From Myxococcota bacterium (GTDB lineage: Bacteria > Myxococcota_A > UBA796 > JAJRTE01 > JBJTQF01), in assembly GCA_046075485.1 (NCBI GenBank), contig JBJTQF010000035.1, positions 1 to 33,651 on the forward strand: a stretch of 33,651 bases of DNA, given 5' to 3'. A model generated the notes under the pieces. That model was given only the letters and a program-made list of their open reading frames with translations. It was not told the DNA's origin and searched no databases. Positions 27,115 through 33,651 of the stretch are shown piece after piece. How positions within the stretch are numbered: the first letter of the stretch is position 1; the number at the start of each line of letters is the position of its first letter. Position numbers and translations under genes: made by a program.

Positions 27115-28131
27115 TCAGAAGCCGTAACTCGCCCCCAGCTCGAGGCGATAGAGCAGGGTGCCGCCATCGGGAAAACTCGGCGAGCCTGCCCATGCGAGCA
27201 ACGCGCCGACTCGTCCGACCACCCCTGCTGGAAGCTGAAGCCCCGTTCCCAAGCCCACCTGAGGCATCACCCCGCTGAGGGCATAACTCGACAGGTCCAC
27301 TTGCACGTCAAAGCGCTCCGAGATCCCTTGAACACCCACGCCGAGATAAGGGCTCCAGGTCTTGCCGAGTGTCTTGGACACCACCAGCCGCGCGGAGCCA
27401 TGTTTAAAGGTCAAGGTGTCCAGGCAACCATAGGTCTGAGGCGCACACACCTCCTCATAACGCACCGGGTCCACATTGGCGAAGTCGTCGGAGCCACTGG
27501 CTTGAGCCTCGTCGTAAGCGGCTTTGGACACCGTCACGGGCGCCACCGCTTGACCCACACTTGATTCCAGCTCCAGCCCAATGCGCAGGCCACTCTCGAG
27601 ACGTCGGGCGAGGGCCACATCCGCGCCGACCACAAACGCGCCTCCCCCTTGAACTGAGATCGGCGGCACCGCTGAGCCTCCCACGTTGAACAACCAGCCA
27701 TCCCGCTCCTTCTGCATGCCCAGGGTAAAACGAGGCAGCACCGGGCTAAAGCCGGTATTTTCTTCTTTCCCCAGCAGATTTTCCTGCGCCACAAAGGGGA
27801 AGCTCACCAACTGAAGCCCCACACCCAACCCCGTCTGAGCACCCGTTAAACTGGAAGTGGTGCTCGATGCATGTTGAAGGGTGAAGGACTGCTTCGCCAT
27901 CCCGAAGGCGGTGAGCTGGATAAAACTCCGTGCGGCACCGGTCTCCGTGCGGACCTGCTCGGCAAAACTTTCGTCAATGAGACCGGCATCCAACATCTGA
28001 AACTCGAGTGCAGCGGCCTGCGAGGAGCCCAGCAAGGCACTCAAGCTCAACACCACAAGACGCAGGGAGGCAGAGGGCTTTTGAAGACGTTGGAATTTGA
28101 GACGTTTCGTCGGATCTGAAGGCAACAGCAT
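27115..28131 (-). CDS. outer-membrane beta-barrel protein (porin-like), hypothetical
   Basis: A signal peptide (…LSLSALLGSSQAAALE) is followed by alternating amphipathic beta-strands. The C-terminus is …YRLELGASYGF, with a terminal Phe as in the OMP beta-signal. I chose the ATG at 28131 because a GGTGGAG RBS precedes it. Confidence 0.6.
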   Translation of the reverse strand: MLLPSDPTKRLKFQRLQKPSASLRLVVLSLSALLGSSQAAALEFQMLDAGLIDESFAEQVRTETGAARSFIQLTAFGMAKQSFTLQHASSTTSSLTGAQTGLGVGLQLVSFPFVAQENLLGKEENTGFSPVLPRFTLGMQKERDGWLFNVGGSAVPPISVQGGGAFVVGADVALARRLESGLRIGLELESSVGQAVAPVTVSKAAYDEAQASGSDDFANVDPVRYEEVCAPQTYGCLDTLTFKHGSARLVVSKTLGKTWSPYLGVGVQGISERFDVQVDLSSYALSGVMPQVGLGTGLQLPAGVVGRVGALLAWAGSPSFPDGGTLLYRLELGASYGF

Positions 28132-28362
28132 TTGGAATCTCCACCACATTTTTGGTCACAGCGGCCATAGCCACAATATCATACGTCAAATGGTTCAAAA
28201 GGAAAGTCCAGCAAGCGACGGCTGACACATCAAAATAGACCATAGCCGCTTCACGAGGGGGAAACAATCCCGCACCAGCCTCCTGCACCGGCAAAATTCT
28301 GAGCAGAAATGTGATATCCTCCCAGCGAGTCGTTCGTATTCCACGATAGAAGGATGTGCCAG

Positions 28363-29343
28363 ATGACTGCTCCAGCCTCGCCGAAACCAGTGTGGCGCTC
28401 CCCGCGTGTGTGGGTGCGTGTGCTCGGCGGCCTGTTGCTCGGAGGGCTGTTGTTCTCCAAGCTGGAGCTGGAGCCGGTGGTCGAAGGGCTCTCGCGTTTT
28501 ACCGGAGGTCGGCTGCTGCTGCTGGCCTTGCTCTTCAGCCTCTCCGCTGGGCTGAGGCTCTATCGCTGGCATCTCCAGATTCGCCGGATGCAGCTTACAA
28601 CGGAGCCTCGGCGTTTTGTGCGCACCTACGTGCTGGGGCTGGCCCTGGGAGCGGTGACGCCCCTGAGATTGGGGGAGCTCTATCGGATCTCGGCCCTCCA
28701 AAAGACGGCCCACACGCAGGGTTCGGTGGCGGCGCTGACGGCGGCGGGTTTGGTGCTCGAGAAGGGTTATGAAGTGGTCCTGCTCCTGCTGATTGCCAGT
28801 GTGGGGGCGCTGTGGGGGCAGTCGTTGCCCTGGGTGACGGCGGGTCTGCTGGCCCTCACGGGCATCGGCGGCGTGGTGCTCTTGACGCCCCTGGCACCCC
28901 CCGCGTTTTTGAAGCCCTGGCGGATGCTCAAGCCACTCTGGGCTCTGTGGGAGCCCTTTGAGATTGCCCGTGGCGCCTTGCGCCTGCCCGAGCGGATGGG
29001 GATGTTGCTCTTGACCCTGCTGGGACATGCGCTCAACCTCACGGCGGGCTTGCTGATTTACTGGTGTTTTGGGCCGCTCGACCCGTGGGCCTTTTTGTTT
29101 CGGATGCCTCTCTTGACCCTTGCCAGCGTGTTGCCCGTGACGGTGGGCGGCATGGGGCTGCGGGAGCTCTTGGCGATGGAGATCTTCGGAGCCCTGGGAT
29201 TTCCTGCCTCGGGTGCGGCGGTATCGGCCACCCTGCTGTTTTTGGGCAGCAACGTATGGCCTTTGACGGCCCTGGTATGGGCCTTACGTCCTGCTCAACC
29301 CGCTGAGGTGCCGGTGTCGATGTCTCAGGAGTCCTCATCATGA
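28363..29343 (+). CDS. polytopic membrane protein, lysylphosphatidylglycerol-synthase-TM / flippase-like (UPF0104-like)
   Basis: About 8 hydrophobic helices. The N-terminal pattern RVWVRVLGGLLLGGLLF…LLLLALLFSLSAGLRLYRWHLQI is typical of the LPG_synthase_TM family. The stop overlaps the next start (ATGA). Confidence 0.5.
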   Translation: MTAPASPKPVWRSPRVWVRVLGGLLLGGLLFSKLELEPVVEGLSRFTGGRLLLLALLFSLSAGLRLYRWHLQIRRMQLTTEPRRFVRTYVLGLALGAVTPLRLGELYRISALQKTAHTQGSVAALTAAGLVLEKGYEVVLLLLIASVGALWGQSLPWVTAGLLALTGIGGVVLLTPLAPPAFLKPWRMLKPLWALWEPFEIARGALRLPERMGMLLLTLLGHALNLTAGLLIYWCFGPLDPWAFLFRMPLLTLASVLPVTVGGMGLRELLAMEIFGALGFPASGAAVSATLLFLGSNVWPLTALVWALRPAQPAEVPVSMSQESSS

Positions 29344-30224
29344 ACTGTCCGATCTGTCGGGGCCCTCAGCTCTCGACTCTATACTGTATTAATACGTATG
29401 ATATTGTGGCCTGTGGACGTTGTGGCGGCTGGTCCGTGCCAGCGGTCCTTCGGACGGAGCTGGAGGAAACCTCCGCCAGCTATTCCGCAGACTATCTCAA
29501 GCGGGGAGAAGGGCAGGGCGCTCAGCTCTCGGGTTATTATGATTATGAGGCCGAGCGAGGACTCCACCTCAAAAACTTCCAGCAGAACCTGGAGATTTTG
29601 GCTCAGCATGTGACGGGCCCTCGGCTGCTGGATGTGGGATGTGCCACCGGACACTTTCTGGAGGCGGCGGCGCAGGCGGGTTATCAGGTGATGGGCACGG
29701 ACATCTCCGAGACGGCGGTTCAGCATGTGCGCGAGAAGCTGCACTTTCCGGCTGTGGCGGGAGATATCCTGCGCTTAAACCTTGAAGAGCGGTTTGATGT
29801 GATTTCGCTCTGGGAGACCGTCGAGCACTTGACCAGACCCGCAGCGGTGTTACACAAGCTCAGAAGCTGGTTGCGTCCGGGGGGGGTGTTGGTGATCGGC
29901 ACCGGAGACAATACCAGCCTGCTGGCCCGCTGGATGGGCGCACGTTGGTGGTATCTCACCCCGCCCGATCATGTGCTCTATTATAATCCGCGAGCCTTGG
30001 GTCTGCTGCTCAACGAGTGTGAGCTGGAGGTGGACGCTTGGCATCGCATCCGGTTTCACTGGGTCTCGTCCAGAAACGTGGTGATGAAGCTGCTGCGGAG
30101 CTTTCGCCTGCCCCCTGCTCAGGTGCTCACCTGGAGCAAGCGCATGCCTTTACTTCCGCTGCCCATCCTGCATAATACAACGATGGTGGCGGTTGCGCGG
30201 CATCAGAAGGTTCGTCTGCGCTGA
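29340..30224 (+). CDS. class I SAM-dependent methyltransferase with N-terminal Zn-ribbon
   Basis: There is a CxxC…CxxC ribbon (MNCPICRG…CGRCGGW). The SAM motif I is LLDVGCATGHFLEAAAQAG. The start is translationally coupled to the upstream membrane protein by a 4-nt overlap. Confidence 0.75.
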   Translation: MNCPICRGPQLSTLYCINTYDIVACGRCGGWSVPAVLRTELEETSASYSADYLKRGEGQGAQLSGYYDYEAERGLHLKNFQQNLEILAQHVTGPRLLDVGCATGHFLEAAAQAGYQVMGTDISETAVQHVREKLHFPAVAGDILRLNLEERFDVISLWETVEHLTRPAAVLHKLRSWLRPGGVLVIGTGDNTSLLARWMGARWWYLTPPDHVLYYNPRALGLLLNECELEVDAWHRIRFHWVSSRNVVMKLLRSFRLPPAQVLTWSKRMPLLPLPILHNTTMVAVARHQKVRLR

Positions 30225-30471
30225 GCCCTCCACCTCCTCTCGGGAGCCTGATATGCCGACACCCTCACGCCTGAGCTTAACCCTGGACCTGCTGAACCTC
30301 AAGCTGCGGGAGCTGCTCGTGCGCCTGCGTGTGATGCTCGAGGCTTTTTTTGCGCTGGTGGTGGGGATTTTTTTCCCCACCAATCACAGCGGCAACAACA
30401 TGTCGCGCTTTTGAGCCACTCCGTCTTCACGCTGGACCTGAAATCATGATGCGCTTGCTGGAGAGTTCAAC

Positions 30472-33195
30472 ATGCTGCCGCTCAAGCCTGAATCGATGGG
30501 CCTCCCGTCTGAAGATCCAAGCCTCAATCCGACGGTGCTGGTAGCGCGGTCGCTGTTGGGTGCGCTCGCTTCGCACCAGCCGTCAGGCGACACCCAGCAC
30601 ACGGCGCTGCCAGAATCCACCCTGATGATGAGCCCGGAGGACGTGCGCAGCTCCTTAGAGGGCCTGCATGCGCCCGAAGTGACCCATCGGGTACAGGTGG
30701 AGAGCCTCTCAGGGCTGGAGCCGATCCCAGCTCCGCCGGATGATGAGACCTGCTTTGGACTGAAATCGGATGCCGCTCAAGCCAGCGCCTGTGCCGATGA
30801 CCGTGCTTCTGCACCGGTGGATTGTGAATATGATGCCACACTCTTTCCTGGCAGCTCCGATGCACAAGCCTGTCAAAATCAGACCGTTCATGCGGTGCTG
30901 GCGGGACGTTACAAGCTGCTGAGCTTGATCGGCGTTGGAGGGATGGGCAGCGTCTATCGAGCCCGAGATCGGGTGCTGGATGAGGTGGTGGCCCTCAAAA
31001 TTCTCCGGCCTGACAAGATTAAAGCCCCCGGTATCCTGGAGCGGTTTAAGCAGGAAGTGCGTCTTTCTCGGCGCATCACCCATCGGAACGTGGCCCGCAT
31101 GTATGATATCGGTGAGGAAGGTGATACACACTTTCTGACGATGGAGTTTGTTCAAGGTGTGACCCTGGCCAAGCTGATGGCCTACGTCAAACCCTCACCG
31201 CTCCAGCATGTGTTGGAGATGGCCATTGATTTATGTGAGGGGCTGCAAGCGGCGCACGATGCTGGGGTGGTGCATCGGGATCTGAAGCCCGACAACATTC
31301 TCATCCAGAAGAATCCCAACCGGGTGGTGATCACCGACTTTGGTATTGCGTGGCCGGTGAAAAAGCCCTCAGAAGGGGGAACTCAAGCCATCTCGGGCAC
31401 GCCCACCTACATGGCACCGGAGCAAGTCGAAGACCGTCCGCTGGATGGCCGAGCGGATCTGTTTGCCCTGGGGGTGATCCTGTTTGAAGCCTTGACCGGC
31501 GCTCCGCCCTGGCAAGAAAAGGATGTGATGACCCTGCTGGTCAACCGGCTGAGCGTTCCTGCTCCTCCCCTGGAGCGCCTTAGGCCCGACCTCCCGGCAG
31601 AGCTCTGTCGGCTGGTGAACTCCATGCTCTCGCGAGAGCCCGAGGGACGCCCCACCAGTGCCCGGATGGTGCAGCAGTCGCTCCGGTTGTGTCATCTTCA
31701 CCCCTTGTTGATGCCCGAGCAGGTCGTGCCGATGGAGCTTGCGGCGGAGCGTGTGTCGCCCTCTCGACAGCTCGCGCTGGCGATCCTGCCGTTTCAGAAT
31801 CTCAGCGGTCCCGAAGATGCCCACCTGGCGGAAGGGCTGATGGAAGACATCTATGACGGACTCTCCGGTTTGGAAGGAATTCACCTCGTGCCTCGATATA
31901 AGACTCGAGCACTGGCTGGATTTCAAGGCGACCTTCGCACCTTAAAGACCTCCCTGGGGGTAGACTCGGTGTTGGAAGGCACCGTGCGCCGTCAAGGTAC
32001 GCGCGTGCGTTTGACCGCCCGTCTGAGCTGTACCGAAGATGGCATTCAGCTCTGGTCTCGGCGGTTTGATCGGGGGATGGAAGAGCTGCTGATGCTGGGA
32101 GACGAAGCCGCCCATGAGCTGGCGGCGGCCATGACCACCCAGAAGAATGAAGAACGTCGAGTCACCCCCACCCATCCAGAAGCCATCGAGCTGTACCTCA
32201 AGGGGCGGCAGGAGTATAACAAATCGTGGGGAGAGTCAAATGCCCGTGCGCTTGACTATCTGGCCCGTGCCTATCAATTGGCACCCGAGGAGCCCCTGAT
32301 CATGGCCAGCTACGCGATGGCCCTCTCCCGGCGTTTTATCCCGAACGCTGCGGTCATGGTCAATGCAGCCACCGCTCGTCGGCTGGCGGAGCAAGTGCTT
32401 CAGCGGGCGCCTCACCTGGGTGAAGCTCATATGGCCCTGGGCTGGTTGGCGCTCAACGAAGGAGATGCGCCCACGGCGGCGATGCGGGTGAGACGTGCGT
32501 TGAAGCTCTCACCGGGCTTGCCGGATACCTATGACTTGGCCGGAAGGCTGCTGGTGGAGGTGGGGGCTCATGCCGAAGGGCTCCGCCACTTGCGCACGGC
32601 CCTGGCCCTCGATCCGACCATCGGCCATGTGCAGGTCCAGATCCTGCGCGTGGAGGGACTGCTGGGGCATTTTGAGATCGCGGAGCAGCTCTTGCGCACC
32701 CTCCCGAACCAGCCTGAGACCTTTAACAAGGTCATCATTCAGTGGCCTCGGGTGCTGCTGTGGAACCATCGTCCCGACTTGGTGCGTCCGTTTATGGAAG
32801 GCATCGGAAATCGTCCTGAGCTGCCCATGAGCCAACATATGCGCCTCGTGATTGAAGCCATTCATGATGTCTCTCTTGCGCCCCATGTGATTGACGTGTT
32901 GTGGTCGATCTTTCGGAACGCCCAGCACAACCCGCGCTTTATGACCTTCATTCTCCAGCTCTGTGCGGAGATCAGCGGCTACGCGGGACAGCATGAGCAG
33001 GCATTTGAGGCCCTGCTGGAGGCAAACCGGCTTCAGCATCTGGATCTGCTCTGGCTTGAGCGGTGTCCTCAGCTTGCGGGTGTGCGTCAGCATCCGGGAT
33101 ATCCTGCCTTACATGCGGCATACCAGCAACGGGCGGAGCTCACCTATCAGCAGCTACAGGAGCCTGCTCCCCACTTAACAGCCGCCTCGCTCTGA
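30472..33195 (+). CDS. Ser/Thr protein kinase with large C-terminal sensor/TPR-like regulatory domain
   Basis: Kinase motifs are present: IGVGGMGSVY, ALKIL, HRDLKPDNILI, DFGIAW and GTPTYMAPEQ. Downstream is the conserved module …LAILPFQNLSGPEDAHLAEGLMEDIYDGLS…LEGTVRRQGTRVRLTARL…LWSRRFD, followed by TPR-like helical repeats. A GGAGAG RBS lies 6 nt upstream. Confidence 0.9.
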   Translation: MLPLKPESMGLPSEDPSLNPTVLVARSLLGALASHQPSGDTQHTALPESTLMMSPEDVRSSLEGLHAPEVTHRVQVESLSGLEPIPAPPDDETCFGLKSDAAQASACADDRASAPVDCEYDATLFPGSSDAQACQNQTVHAVLAGRYKLLSLIGVGGMGSVYRARDRVLDEVVALKILRPDKIKAPGILERFKQEVRLSRRITHRNVARMYDIGEEGDTHFLTMEFVQGVTLAKLMAYVKPSPLQHVLEMAIDLCEGLQAAHDAGVVHRDLKPDNILIQKNPNRVVITDFGIAWPVKKPSEGGTQAISGTPTYMAPEQVEDRPLDGRADLFALGVILFEALTGAPPWQEKDVMTLLVNRLSVPAPPLERLRPDLPAELCRLVNSMLSREPEGRPTSARMVQQSLRLCHLHPLLMPEQVVPMELAAERVSPSRQLALAILPFQNLSGPEDAHLAEGLMEDIYDGLSGLEGIHLVPRYKTRALAGFQGDLRTLKTSLGVDSVLEGTVRRQGTRVRLTARLSCTEDGIQLWSRRFDRGMEELLMLGDEAAHELAAAMTTQKNEERRVTPTHPEAIELYLKGRQEYNKSWGESNARALDYLARAYQLAPEEPLIMASYAMALSRRFIPNAAVMVNAATARRLAEQVLQRAPHLGEAHMALGWLALNEGDAPTAAMRVRRALKLSPGLPDTYDLAGRLLVEVGAHAEGLRHLRTALALDPTIGHVQVQILRVEGLLGHFEIAEQLLRTLPNQPETFNKVIIQWPRVLLWNHRPDLVRPFMEGIGNRPELPMSQHMRLVIEAIHDVSLAPHVIDVLWSIFRNAQHNPRFMTFILQLCAEISGYAGQHEQAFEALLEANRLQHLDLLWLERCPQLAGVRQHPGYPALHAAYQQRAELTYQQLQEPAPHLTAASL

Positions 33196-33339
33196 TATGC
33201 CCCGTCTATGCCCCGTCGCCGCACCTTCATCTTCTCGTCGCCAGTGGTTAAAAGCTGGGCTATACTCAGCCCCAGACATGAAGCGGGCGTCCGCGTGCAG
33301 GATGTCAAGGCAGCCATTGTATGATCTAAGGAGCTTTGT

Positions 33340-33651
33340 ATGCCGGGAACCGGATGGGGTGGGTCGTTGAGCACACTTAAAGAGCGGTCGAGTAAGACGT
33401 GGATGCCGCGAGGACTTTTGCTCAGCCTGATGTTGTTCGCCAGCGCCTGCCCTCGCACGGGGGGGACGGATGCGGGAGGCACTCACGGCGGAGGCGCTGG
33501 AGAGGCAGGCCAGGGCGGAACCAGTGGCGCCGGAACCAGTGGCGCCGGAACCAGCAACGGCGGAACGAGTAGCGGTGGCGGAACCAGCGGTGGCGGAACC
33601 AGCGGTGGCGGAACCAGCGGTGGCGGCACGAGCAACGGCGGTCACGATTCC
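33340..33651 (+). CDS. lipoprotein with Gly/Thr/Ser-rich (GGTS)n repeats, 3'-truncated at window end
   Basis: An AGGAG RBS lies 6 nt before the ATG at 33340. A lipobox (LLLSLMLFASAC) is followed by GGTSGAGTSGAGTSNGGTSSGGGTSGGGTSGGGTS…. The ORF is not in the track because it has no in-window stop. The minus-strand ORF 33175..33645 is its low-complexity mirror. Confidence 0.45.
   Translation, partial: MPGTGWGGSLSTLKERSSKTWMPRGLLLSLMLFASACPRTGGTDAGGTHGGGAGEAGQGGTSGAGTSGAGTSNGGTSSGGGTSGGGTSGGGTSGGGTSNGGHDS

Noticed and set aside
33175-33645. 156-aa minus-strand ORF (ATAGSATAGSAT…)
   Set aside because: It is the mirror image of the plus-strand (GGTS)n lipoprotein, which has an RBS and a lipobox. 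It is a low-complexity artefact.

Overview
This is a high-GC (~60%) chromosomal window of about 33.6 kb that looks like Myxococcota. The assignment rests on (i) three eukaryote-like Ser/Thr protein kinases, (ii) a protein built from 'Myxococcus cysteine-rich repeats', and (iii) a protein with about nine tandem MopE-type 'putative metal-binding' repeats. I support about 21 protein-coding genes, all refined from the six-frame track by checking start codons and RBS by eye. In order they are: an alpha/beta hydrolase; a 1158-aa subtilisin-like (S8) peptidase fused to 8 FG-GAP repeats; an orphan Hpt phosphotransfer protein; a Ser/Thr kinase 8 bp upstream of a TonB-dependent receptor with an N-terminal TPR extension; a cysteine-rich-repeat membrane protein; a lipoprotein SAM methyltransferase; a lower-GC Rpn-family PD-(D/E)XK nuclease/transposase-like gene; a MopE-repeat lipoprotein ending in a fibrinogen-like domain; two envelope proteins; a DJ-1/PfpI protein; a full-length bacterial homologue of the eukaryotic major vault protein (MVP); a type III glutamine synthetase (GlnN); a second Ser/Thr kinase; an EEP-family phosphoesterase; an outer-membrane beta-barrel protein; a flippase-like membrane protein translationally coupled to a Zn-ribbon SAM methyltransferase; a third Ser/Thr kinase with a sensor-like C-terminal domain; and a 3'-truncated lipoprotein with (GGTS)n repeats. 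I found no rRNA, tRNA or CRISPR. The most striking element is the vault-protein homologue. It is preceded by a perfect sigma-54 -24/-12 promoter and by an array of 15-bp tandem repeats that each carry an NtrC-like TGCACCA half-site. Several other intergenic short tandem repeat arrays and candidate operator sites are present. All functional calls come from motifs read by eye and should be confirmed by HMM or BLAST searches.
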